DNA of 64,000 nucleotides from Candidatus Fervidifonticultor secundus (GCA_031459385.1 JAVKIP010000017.1:1-64000), one strand, 5' to 3'. Numbered from the stretch's first letter, positions 9,591-17,855 are shown. Notes: a model not told the origin generated them from the sequence alone. Numbers and translations are program-made.

Positions 9591-10508
9591 TTAGCGGTCG
9601 ATCGCGATCTGGACGATCTTCTTCGCGGTCTCGAGCGTCCGCACCACGGACTGCATGATCTGCGCGGCCTCGTCGGAGACGCGCGGGGTCTGGGCGTCGC
9701 CCTCCAGCCCGGCGCCGCCGCCGGTCGGCTGGGTGCGTGCCGCGAGTGCCAGGGCCTCAGCCGCCTGCCGGATGGCGCGGTCGATCAGCTGCTGCGCCTG
9801 CTCCTCGGGCCGAACCCCGCGGGTGCCCAGCACGCCGCTGGGGCCCACCGTGGCGGAGAGGTCGAGAGCCGGCTGCGCCGGCTGCGGGGTGGGGGTGTCG
9901 GTGCCGTTCCCCGCCTGGGCGAGCTCGGCCAGCCGCTTCGCGGCCTCCTCCGACCGGCGCTGGACCGCGGCGATCCACTGGACCTCGGCTGCCTCGCGCA
10001 CGACCCTGGCCTGGATCAGCAGGGGCCGGACGCCCTTGTAACTGTCGGGGCTCCCGGCGATCAGCCGGAAATTGGGCTCCCCGGCCCCCGCCAGCAGGTT
10101 GACCGACTCCTGGATGTGCCGACGCTGGGCGGAGGCGTCGACCGCCACGACCGCCAGCTTGGCCTCATCCAGCGCGCGGTCCAGCTCCGCCATGGCCTGC
10201 ATCAGCGGCGTCTTGTCCACGACCAGCTCGGGCAGGGGCTCTTCCTTCTCTTCCGTGGCGACCTGTACCGTGCTCTCTTCCTGCTGCTGCCGCGGCTTCT
10301 GCGGCTCGCTCTGCGCCACCACGGTCTTGCGCACCTCGGGAGCAGGCGCGGCGGTCGTCGCCACGTCCTCCTCGGCCGGCTTGACCGCGGCCGCGTCCTC
10401 GGCAGGCGGAGCGATCTCTTCCAGGGGGTTCTTGTAGATCTGTGTGAACGCCAGTGACGCTGTCGCCAGGATCGCCACCGGCACGAGCGCCAGCAGGATT
10501 CGCTTCAC
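9591..10508 (-). CDS. Hypothetical exported or membrane-anchored helical protein
   Basis: GTG start after GGAGG; signal-like VKRILLALVPVAILATASLAF; acidic Pro/Ala linker; strong GC3 bias. Confidence 0.7.
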   Translation of the reverse strand: MKRILLALVPVAILATASLAFTQIYKNPLEEIAPPAEDAAAVKPAEEDVATTAAPAPEVRKTVVAQSEPQKPRQQQEESTVQVATEEKEEPLPELVVDKTPLMQAMAELDRALDEAKLAVVAVDASAQRRHIQESVNLLAGAGEPNFRLIAGSPDSYKGVRPLLIQARVVREAAEVQWIAAVQRRSEEAAKRLAELAQAGNGTDTPTPQPAQPALDLSATVGPSGVLGTRGVRPEEQAQQLIDRAIRQAAEALALAARTQPTGGGAGLEGDAQTPRVSDEAAQIMQSVVRTLETAKKIVQIAIDR

Positions 10509-10667
10509 CGTGCCCACCTCCAGGGAATGTCGTCGTGCTCTGCCTGCCAATGTGCCATTCCTGGTCGCCAACGGGCCATACCAGGGCCGTCCAGGGAAGG
10601 TGGAAATTCGGTCAACCCGGCGGGCGGCCCCCCGGTCCGCGCGCCGGGCAGGGGCAGCACCGGCCAG

Positions 10668-10757
10668 TGGCGGAGGAGGTGGGATTTGAACCCACGAGGC
10701 GCACAAGCGCCCAACGGTTTTCGAGACCGTCCGGGTACCGGGCTCCCGAACTCCTCC
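10668..10757 (-). tRNA. tRNA-Ser(CGA) with atypical D-arm
   Basis: GGAGGAG/CUCCUCC acceptor stem, ACGGU-CU-CGA-AA-ACCGU, long variable arm, GGUUCAAAUCC, GCCA end; extended -10 TGCTAGGAT upstream. Confidence 0.88.
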
Positions 10758-10935
10758 AACTCCGTATCCTAGCATGAACGGCGCCTTGCGGTGGGGTCCG
10801 CGTACCTGGAAGCGTCGGTCCCCAGGGGTGACACGACGACCCGCGCGCGCTTCAGACGCCGTCTCCCCGGACCCTCCATGACGACGCCCCCAGCCCGCGA
10901 CGTCCGGACGACCGCGGACTCTTCCTCTGACCTGA

Positions 10936-11056
10936 TACTGGCAGGGCCTCACGCCCCAGCAGCGGGATGGGATCGAGGGGGATCGCCATAGACATGTGGG
11001 GGTTGTATTGCCAGTCCACCTGTGAGCCCGTGCCGGAGGTCGAGAAGAAGATCGTG
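10936..11056 (+). mobile_element. ISL3-family transposase remnant (frameshifted fragment)
   Basis: YWQGLTPQQRDGIEG /+1 in G-run/ IAIDMWGLYCQSTCEPVPEVEKKIV resembles the ISL3 DDE segment 'IeaVamDMw..y......vP.a..kIV'. Confidence 0.65.
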
Positions 11057-11119
11057 CCGGCCAGGCAATGACGGCTATCCCCACAGCCTTTCACCGTTCC
11101 GACGCCGGAGGGACATCGT

Positions 11120-11520
11120 TTAACGCAGCGGTGGTCCAACGATCTCGATGCCGTGAGCACGCGCCATCTCGCTCAACCGTTGAACAGCTTCGGGCGTCGG
11201 CTCGCCGGCCGGAGGTGGTAATGTTGGCTGGTCCGCCGGACGCGCCAATGTGCGCACAAAACGCTCAAAGTCGCCGCGAGTCGTTACCGTCAGCCAGCGT
11301 GCCCCTGCTGACGACTCCACACGGTAGGTATGTGGGAGCCCCTTCGGGGCCAAGAGGGTTTGACCAGGGCTAAGCCGTCGTTCTTCGTGTCCGACCTGGA
11401 AGCGCAACGCTCCTTCTAACAGATAAAAGGCTTCATCTTCGGTGTGATGGATATGCAGAGGAGGGGAGTCGGCAAACGGGGCGCGATGCTCGATGAGCGA
11501 GATGTCGTCCTTTCCCAAGT
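11120..11520 (-). pseudogene. Cupin-domain protein (quercetin dioxygenase-like), apparently 5'-truncated or frameshifted
   Basis: PPLHIHHTEDEAFYLLEG...APKGLPHTY cupin motifs; no in-frame start with a good RBS. Confidence 0.65.
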
Positions 11521-11642
11521 GTCCTGCTGGTGTTGCCGTCAGGTTTGGGACAGGGGGTACGCTTTTTTCATGGAGGTCTCCTCCGGAGGGGACCTCATGA
11601 AAGCACACAGATGCCCGTACACTAGCTGCGACAGGCCGCACG

Positions 11643-11672
11643 TTGACAAGTTGCAGTCCCGCGCAGTAGTGT
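11643..11672 (+). promoter_or_regulatory. Sigma70-type promoter upstream of fluoride riboswitch 1
   Basis: TTGACA-N18-TAGTGT. Confidence 0.6.
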
Positions 11673-11689
11673 GAAGTTGTCAATCGCAT

Positions 11690-11736
11690 AGCGATGGAGC
11701 TCGCAGAGTTGCCCGCCGCGGGCTGATAGCTCCTAC
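11690..11736 (+). ncRNA. Fluoride (crcB) riboswitch 1
   Basis: GCGAUGGAGCUCGC...GCCCGCCGCGGGC UGAUAGCUCCUAC: conserved GAUG, P1 GCG/CGC, P2 hairpin, pseudoknot GGAGCU/AGCUCC, terminal CUAC. Confidence 0.85.
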
Positions 11737-11761
11737 TGGGCGAGACCAGTGGGAGCTTTTT
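11728..11761 (+). terminator. Riboswitch-controlled intrinsic terminator
   Basis: AGCTCCTACTGG-GCGAGA-CCAGTGGGAGCT-TTTT overlapping the pseudoknot strand. Confidence 0.85.
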
Positions 11762-11785
11762 GTATCGGTGGAGGGGGAACCCGAG

Positions 11786-12277
11786 ATGCCCGGACCGTGC
11801 TGGGTTGATGTGACGTTCCTAGAGGATGACCTATGCGAGATCACAGCCCTCCTGCCTGCCGGGCTGGCCGAACAGGAGGGGCTGGAGCGCGTGTTGTCCG
11901 AGGCGATGACGCTCTACCGCAACGACGAGGTGGCCTGGCGGCGGCTGCAATCGCAGCACGATGCCGAGGCGGAGGCTGCGCGGACGGAACTGAAGCGGAG
12001 AGAAGCCGCGGCCTTACTGGTCTCCATGCGCGCTCGCACGGTCCAGAGCGAGGTGGAGATGTATGAACTTCGGGAGCGCGTGCGAGAACTGCAGGAGCGG
12101 CACGCCGGGCAGCGGGCCCGGGCCGAGGTGCTGCAGCGCTCTGTGGTGAAGCTGCGTCGGCGCGTTGCGCAGCTGGAGGCGCGGTTGGCCAATGCGTCAC
12201 CCCGGCCGGGATCCAGCAGGTCACGCCCATCGCTGCTTGAAAAGTTCACCGACCTCTGGAGGAAGCACGATGTCTGA
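11786..12277 (+). CDS. Hypothetical coiled-coil protein A (fluoride-riboswitch-led)
   Basis: GGAGGGGG RBS before ATG 11786; heptad-rich C-terminal half; overlaps the next gene. Confidence 0.75.
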   Translation: MPGPCWVDVTFLEDDLCEITALLPAGLAEQEGLERVLSEAMTLYRNDEVAWRRLQSQHDAEAEAARTELKRREAAALLVSMRARTVQSEVEMYELRERVRELQERHAGQRARAEVLQRSVVKLRRRVAQLEARLANASPRPGSSRSRPSLLEKFTDLWRKHDV

Positions 12278-12758
12278 AGCCGTCCGGATGGTCTTCCCTC
12301 CCATGCGCAGCATCCGCCTGCGTCTCGATGGCGAACTGCGCCAGGAGCTCGAGGTGGTGATCCGGGAAAGGGGGTGGAGTGTGGAGGAGGGCGTGAAGAT
12401 CCTTCTGGGGTATGCGGCGGCTGCGTCTCGCGCCGCACATCCGTCCCCCGAAGAAACCCGGAACGAGCTGGGCGCGGCGCGGGGAGAACTCGCTGTGCTC
12501 CGACACCGCGCCTTCATGGCAGAGGACGGCATCCGGACGCTCAGGATGAACATCACGGGATTCGAGAAGTCCCTGGAGCAGTTCGAGAAGTCGCTGCCGC
12601 GACTGGAGCGCGAGCACCAGGACCTCCAGGCGCACCTGGCCAGCCTGCTGGCGGAAGCCACCCGGCGCGGCATCGATATCGCGCCTGAGGAGCCAGACGT
12701 GGTTCCTGCTCACCGCAGGCTCATCGATCTCTACCGCAAGAGGAGCGACTGGAGATAG
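12270..12758 (+). CDS. Hypothetical RHH-like + coiled-coil protein B (paralog of A)
   Basis: GGAGGA RBS, ATG 12270; SIRLRLD-GELRQELEVVIRERG-WSVEEGVKILL followed by heptads. Confidence 0.75.
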   Translation: MSEAVRMVFPPMRSIRLRLDGELRQELEVVIRERGWSVEEGVKILLGYAAAASRAAHPSPEETRNELGAARGELAVLRHRAFMAEDGIRTLRMNITGFEKSLEQFEKSLPRLEREHQDLQAHLASLLAEATRRGIDIAPEEPDVVPAHRRLIDLYRKRSDWR

Positions 12759-12842
12759 GGTATCTGCGGTGGCTGAACAGATCCGGGCGCGGACGCCGCC
12801 ATCGAACGGTTCGTTGGGAAGCCTGCGTAACTGAAGCCACCG

Positions 12843-13577
12843 TCAGTACCCGGAGCTGATGCCGCCGCGCTCCTCCAGCGGGTCGCGGCCGACCAGGAAC
12901 TCGATGGCCCGCGTCCAGGAACGGCCCTCCTCTGGCGTGAGGCCCTCTCTGCTGAAACGGTAGTCGTGCTTGCGGATGAGCTCACCGAGATCACGCACCA
13001 CAACGGCGAGGGCGGCGAGCTCGGCACCGAGCAGCCGGTGCGCTGTGGCGGAATCCCGGGCCAGCGCCAGGCCGGCCGTGAAATGCGGCAGGCACAATCC
13101 GGATGGACCGCTGAGGCGTTCCCACACGTCTCGCCGCTGGATCCGCCTGATCAGGGCGTCGAGCGCGGCGGTCTCAACCTCTTTGACCTGCTGGCAGGCC
13201 GGGCATTCCTGCGAGGGTGTGAGCGCCTTGCGTAGCTGTGCGGCAAGCGCGGGGCCCCCGCGCCAGATGGTCTTTTCCGTACCAACCCGTGCGATGTTTC
13301 GTTCCAGGTCCTGTACGAGATGGCAGTAGACGATGGCGACGCCCAGGGCATCGTGGAACTGACCCAGCGCCCAGGCATGCCGGGCGCAGAAACCGCGCGA
13401 GGCCAGCAGTTCCTCTCGGGTCTGCGGATCATTGACCCGTTCGTAGAGGAATCCCCAGAGGTAACGTCGGGTGCGTTTGTACGCGACACGACAGACGGGA
13501 CAGCCTCCTTCGGCCAGGGCATCCTTGACCGCGAAGAAGACGATGTCGTCGTCGGGAACCGGTGCAGGCGCGCTCAT
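12843..13577 (-). CDS. DUF6062-like Cys/His-rich (probable Zn-binding) protein
   Basis: GCPVC...ERVND...SRGFCARH...CPAC...GLCLPH...HDYRF; ATG overlaps the MFS stop. Confidence 0.7.
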   Translation of the reverse strand: MSAPAPVPDDDIVFFAVKDALAEGGCPVCRVAYKRTRRYLWGFLYERVNDPQTREELLASRGFCARHAWALGQFHDALGVAIVYCHLVQDLERNIARVGTEKTIWRGGPALAAQLRKALTPSQECPACQQVKEVETAALDALIRRIQRRDVWERLSGPSGLCLPHFTAGLALARDSATAHRLLGAELAALAVVVRDLGELIRKHDYRFSREGLTPEEGRSWTRAIEFLVGRDPLEERGGISSGY

Positions 13578-14815
13578 CGTCTCACCGCCCGTACCCGCCC
13601 AAGGAGCGCCGCCCCGCCCAGCGTCAGCACCGCCGCGTACACGAATGCGGGACGGGCGCCGAACGCCGTCCATAAGCCGCCGACCGCAAGGCCGCTCACT
13701 AAGTCGCCGATGCCGTTGACCGCGGCCAGGACGCCGTAGCCCGTGCTGCGCACTTCGGGCGGCAGCAGATCCGCGGCCATCGCCCCTTCCATTGCGTCCA
13801 CGAGCGCGATGTAGATGCCGGCAAGCACGAAGGCAAAGACGAGGTGCATCAGCCCGGCGCCCGGAGCGATGAGCACAAGGTTCATGGCGGCGAAGAGCGC
13901 GTAGCCGGTGACCAGCAGCCCGCGTTTCCCGAGCCGGTCGGCGATGAAGCCCGCAGGGAAGGAGCCGACGGCATAGAGGGCGTTGTGCAGCGTGTAGAGG
14001 CCGACGGCAACGGCGGCGGCACGGGCGGCGCCCAGCGACGGGGTGAGCACGGTCTGGGCGTAGAGGACAAGAAACGTGTGGGCGTAGTTGCCCATTCCGA
14101 AGACCCCCGCGCTGCCGAGGAACCAGCGGAACTGCGCGGGAAGACGTCGCAACGAGGTCCGGAAGCGAAGCGTGGGGTCCGGGTGGCGCGGCGGTTCGCG
14201 CACCAGGATGGCCACGCAGAGCACGGAGAGGGCGCCAGGAATCGTGGAGATCCAGAAAGCGTGTCGGAGTCCCAGCACCGGGAGGAGTAGGGTCCCGGTT
14301 AGCGGTCCGAGCACGGCGCCCAGGGTGTCCATCCCCCGGTGGAAACCGAACGCCCGGCCGTAGGCGGTCGGCGGCGTGGCGTCGGCGAGCAGGCTGTCGC
14401 GAAGGGGATTGCGCAGGCCGCGGCCGGCCCAGGCCACAGTGCGCAGGGTCACCACCTGCCACCAGGCGGTGACGATGGCGAAGAGGGCCATGATCGGCGT
14501 GGCCAGATACCCGAGAACGAGCAGGGGTTTTCGGTTGGCAATGCGATCGCCGTAGGCGCCTCCGGCGAGCTTCATGCCAGTGCTCGCGGCGTCGGACAGT
14601 CCCTCGACGACCCCGAGGGCGATCGGCGGTGCACCCAGCGATGTCAGAAGAGCGGGCATCAGCGACGTGGCCAATTCGTGTCCCCAGTCGGAGAACAGAC
14701 TGGTCAGCCCGACGCCCAGCAGGGTGCGGTTCAGCCAGCCTGGGGCGGCTGCGGCCGCCGGGCTCGCAGCTACCGCTTCTGTTGCTGTTGGGGCCCGACG
14801 ACCAGGACCATGCAT
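13574..14815 (-). CDS. MFS transporter
   Basis: About 12 hydrophobic segments; GAYGDRIANRK and GFIADRLGKR MFS motif A; start position uncertain. Confidence 0.88.
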   Translation of the reverse strand: MHGPGRRAPTATEAVAASPAAAAAPGWLNRTLLGVGLTSLFSDWGHELATSLMPALLTSLGAPPIALGVVEGLSDAASTGMKLAGGAYGDRIANRKPLLVLGYLATPIMALFAIVTAWWQVVTLRTVAWAGRGLRNPLRDSLLADATPPTAYGRAFGFHRGMDTLGAVLGPLTGTLLLPVLGLRHAFWISTIPGALSVLCVAILVREPPRHPDPTLRFRTSLRRLPAQFRWFLGSAGVFGMGNYAHTFLVLYAQTVLTPSLGAARAAAVAVGLYTLHNALYAVGSFPAGFIADRLGKRGLLVTGYALFAAMNLVLIAPGAGLMHLVFAFVLAGIYIALVDAMEGAMAADLLPPEVRSTGYGVLAAVNGIGDLVSGLAVGGLWTAFGARPAFVYAAVLTLGGAALLGRVRAVRR

Positions 14816-15213
14816 GGCGCGTGATCCACGACGCGGTCGGCGACGCTGCCGACAAAGAACCGCTGCAGGTTCGACATCCCGCGGTGCCCCATGACGATAA
14901 GGTCGACCCCCCGGGCGCGGGCGTAGTCAACGATGGCCTCCGCCGGGTGTCCGGCGACGATCTCCACGCGCGGGTCGATGCCGTGCAGACGCGCATACTC
15001 GACGGCCTCGCGCTGGAACCGCTCCACCACCTGCCGCTGTTCCTGCCGCGTCTCCTCCACTTCGCCCACGGTGGCCGGGAAGGCCGGCCCGTGGATCGCC
15101 GTGAGCAGGGTCACCGAGGCGCCGTAGCGGACGGCGAGGTCCACGCCGACCTGGACGGCACGCCGCGCCTGCTCCGAGCCGTCATGAGGAATCAGGATCT
15201 GCCGGATCGTCAT
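14770..15213 (-). CDS. Universal stress protein (UspA family)
   Basis: ILIPHDGS...DLIVMGHRG...GSVADRVVDHAPCMVLVV. Confidence 0.92.
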   Translation of the reverse strand: MTIRQILIPHDGSEQARRAVQVGVDLAVRYGASVTLLTAIHGPAFPATVGEVEETRQEQRQVVERFQREAVEYARLHGIDPRVEIVAGHPAEAIVDYARARGVDLIVMGHRGMSNLQRFFVGSVADRVVDHAPCMVLVVGPQQQQKR

Positions 15214-16382
15214 CCCAACTCCTCCTCGGTGGGTACGGGCTGCCAGGCACCCTCCGGACGAGACCGGGCGACCGCCGCTCGGCGAGGATCAAACCATCGC
15301 TGAGCGATCATCGTGGGCAGGACGGCGCTGGCGATGACCGTGGTGACCAGCAGCGAGAACTGCGTGCGATCGATGATGCCCGCATGAAGGCCATACAGCG
15401 ATGAGATTGTTCCGAAGGTGAGCCCGGTGCTCATCAGGAGCGTGGTGTAGATCGGCCCATCGGCCGCGTACCAGCGGGCCAGGGGCAGTACCCCGGCGAC
15501 CTTGGTGGCCATCTTCACTCCAAAGAGTACGGCCAGCACACCCAGATTAGCATAGACGGCGGGCAGCGCCACGTTCATCCCGGCTTTGACGAAGAAGAAC
15601 GGCGTGAGCAAAGCAAAGGCGACCACCCGGAACCGCTGTTGTTCCGCGCGGTGCGCGGCGAAGACCCGCGACACGGCCAGCCCGAGCACGAAAGCCGGAA
15701 GCACGGCGTGGCTGTCGGCGAGGCTGCCGACGTACATGAGGACGAGTAACGCCGCAAAGGCGCCCTTGATCTCCGGCTCGATGACCCGATTCCCGTAGCG
15801 GCGGAAGAACCAGGGATGCAGCCGGGGCATGGCCACGATGATCGCGGCGGAGACTGCCAGGAAGCCCGCGATCCACCACGTCGGATGGATGAAGAGGATG
15901 CTCAGTGCCGCGGCGGTGCCGAAGTCGGTGATGAATGTACTGGCCATGATGAGCTTGCCCAGCGGGGTGCTGGTCAGCCCGGTTTCCACGAGCACGGCAT
16001 AGACGACGGCGAGCGAGGTGGTGGACAGCGCCACGCCGGCGATCTTGGCCGCCTCCGGCGACCAGCGCAGTCCCCACCGCGCGAACGCCCAGGCGCCGAC
16101 GAACGGCAGCAGGAAGGAGACGCCCCCGATGAGGGCGCTCGCACCCAGCTTCTCGCGCAAGAGGTCGACGTCGACCTCCGCGCCGGCGAGAAACGTCAGG
16201 ACGATGCTGCCGAATCCCGCCAGGTAGTCGATCCAGGGCGTAGTGTGCAGGCCGAGGAAGTTCCCGCCGATCACTCCGAGTACGATCTCGATGAGCGCGA
16301 CCGAGATGCCCAACTCGACAGAGAGGATTGCCGCCACGAAGACGAGCAACCCCATCCCGACCGCGACCTGTGCCTCCACCAT
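15210..16382 (-). CDS. Cation:proton antiporter (CPA2/Kef-type)
   Basis: FLAGAEVD, ALSTTSLAVV, FITDFG, LTPFFF; ATG 16382 after GGAGGAG. Confidence 0.85.
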   Translation of the reverse strand: MVEAQVAVGMGLLVFVAAILSVELGISVALIEIVLGVIGGNFLGLHTTPWIDYLAGFGSIVLTFLAGAEVDVDLLREKLGASALIGGVSFLLPFVGAWAFARWGLRWSPEAAKIAGVALSTTSLAVVYAVLVETGLTSTPLGKLIMASTFITDFGTAAALSILFIHPTWWIAGFLAVSAAIIVAMPRLHPWFFRRYGNRVIEPEIKGAFAALLVLMYVGSLADSHAVLPAFVLGLAVSRVFAAHRAEQQRFRVVAFALLTPFFFVKAGMNVALPAVYANLGVLAVLFGVKMATKVAGVLPLARWYAADGPIYTTLLMSTGLTFGTISSLYGLHAGIIDRTQFSLLVTTVIASAVLPTMIAQRWFDPRRAAVARSRPEGAWQPVPTEEELG

Positions 16383-16451
16383 GCCACCGCTCCTCCCGGC
16401 CGCAGAAACAGAACGGCCCCGACGCTCCGTTGAGCCGGGGCCGGATTTCGT

Positions 16452-16483
16452 AAAAAAAGCCCCTGCCCGCAACGGGTAGAGGC
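16452..16483 (-). terminator. Riboswitch-controlled intrinsic terminator
   Basis: GCCTCTACCCG-TTG-CGGGCAGGGGC-TTTTTTT. Confidence 0.85.
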
Positions 16484-16524
16484 TATCAGCCGGGGGTCCG
16501 GCGGTTCAGGCGAGCCTCATCGCC
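16476..16524 (-). ncRNA. Fluoride (crcB) riboswitch 2
   Basis: GGCGAUGAGGCUCGCC UGAACC GCCGGACCCCCGGC UGAUAGCCUCUAC, near-canonical Thermotoga-like fluoride aptamer. Confidence 0.93.
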
Positions 16525-16532
16525 TGGCGACG

Positions 16533-16560
16533 ATTATAGTGGAGGCCGTACCGCTGTCAA
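16533..16560 (-). promoter_or_regulatory. Consensus sigma70 promoter for the riboswitch 2 operon
   Basis: TTGACA-N16-TATAAT, 8 nt upstream of the aptamer. Confidence 0.8.
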
Positions 16561-16611
16561 TCCGGGCTGCCCTGCGTCCACTGGAGAAGCGTCGCAACGC
16601 GCCGCGTAGTT

Positions 16612-17388
16612 CTACCCGATCACATCAGGCGGTGCGGGCCCGCCATCTGGAAAACCACCATGGTCCTCCGTGCGAGGAGCGATGGCGCCGATGTCCAGAG
16701 TGCACCCCCCAGGCAGTGGCGGCGGACGCAGCATGAGATCGGCGAAGTAGAACCCGTCGCGTTCCAACACCTCGCCCACTGCTACGTGCAGCCGTCCGCG
16801 GAACATCGGCCCGGCGAGGACACAGGTGTGGAACTCACCGTTCTCGCCGCACGGATCGACGCCTGCCGGCAGTTCCGCGAGGAAGGCGTGGTCGAACGTC
16901 CGACCGGCGAACGACGGCGAGAGCTTGTTCGGATCGACGCAGGTGAGGATCGCCTCGACACCGGCGTCGATCATGCGCCGCGCAAGTACCCCGGTCGGCT
17001 CGTGCCAGATCGGAAAGAGCGGCTCGAGGCCGGTGCTTTTGAGCTGCCTGATCCGGTACGCGCGGATGTCCTCCAGGAAGAGATCGCCAAAGGCGACGTG
17101 CGTTGCGCCCCGCTCGAGCCCGTCTGCCAGCGCTTTGCGCATGGTGCGCTCGTAGACTTCGTTGGAGCAAGGCCATGGGAGCGGGACGATGTGGAGCGGG
17201 AGCTCGACCGCGTGCGCTTGCGCCTGGAGGATCTCGAGACGGGTCGAGTGCATCGCGACGCGTCCGTGCGTGGTGTTGACCGTCGTGAGGAGGCTGACGA
17301 CCTCGACGTCCGGATCCTGCCGCAGCATGTGCAAGGTCCAGGCGCTGTCCTTGCCCGAGCTCCATGAAAGCAAGACGCGGCGCGGCAT
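16612..17388 (-). CDS. PP-loop ATP-binding protein (diphthine-ammonia ligase/MJ0570-like)
   Basis: SWSSGKDS PP-loop, FGDLFLED, DPCGENGEFHT. Confidence 0.85.
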   Translation of the reverse strand: MPRRVLLSWSSGKDSAWTLHMLRQDPDVEVVSLLTTVNTTHGRVAMHSTRLEILQAQAHAVELPLHIVPLPWPCSNEVYERTMRKALADGLERGATHVAFGDLFLEDIRAYRIRQLKSTGLEPLFPIWHEPTGVLARRMIDAGVEAILTCVDPNKLSPSFAGRTFDHAFLAELPAGVDPCGENGEFHTCVLAGPMFRGRLHVAVGEVLERDGFYFADLMLRPPPLPGGCTLDIGAIAPRTEDHGGFPDGGPAPPDVIG

Positions 17389-17855
17389 CAGACAAACACC
17401 TCGGAGCGCAGTTCGGCACCGCGCATTTGTTCACGCGAAGGGGCGGAGGCAATCCGCCGGTAGAGGAAGCCGGAGCTCGGGTAGCGGCATGACGGCAGAA
17501 CTCCTCGCCGCCGAGGGCGGTCGGGCGCGATGGCGGGTGAGGCCGCTGGTTCTACGGCAGTGCGGCCGGTTGCAGCCCCGTTGGTGAGAAAGGAGATCCC
17601 GCGCGCCCGAGACGACCCCCCGTCGTCGCCCAACAAGAATTCGACAGAACTGTACAGGCACATCCAACACAGCGCTCGCTGCAGACCGACCCGAGCGTGC
17701 CACCATCGCCATCAGAGCGGAGCAAGAGTCGGGTCTCGTGTCCATGGTCTCCCCGCCCAAGCGGCCGTCGCTCCCGGTGTCCCATGCCCGCCCGATGCGC
17801 AGCGCTGACACCTCCTGTCCGCCGCCGCGGCCGCGGACTGCTATAATGCTGAACC

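Noticed and set aside
10668..10757. Selenocysteine tRNA or allo-tRNA
   Set aside because: Anticodon is CGA and the acceptor/T stems are the standard 7/5
17652..17710. Possible third fluoride riboswitch on the minus strand (GGCGATGGTGGCAC...GGATGTGCCTGTAC)
   Set aside because: P1 and pseudoknot pairing are poor, the CUGAU motif and terminator are missing; a cmscan would settle it
17388..17811. Small ORFs upstream of the PP-loop gene
   Set aside because: No recognisable motifs or consistent codon bias; probably degraded islet-junction DNA
10668..17850. Intact integrative element with att sites at tRNA-Ser(CGA)
   Set aside because: No integrase and no duplicated tRNA 3' end found; the islet lies 5' of the tRNA
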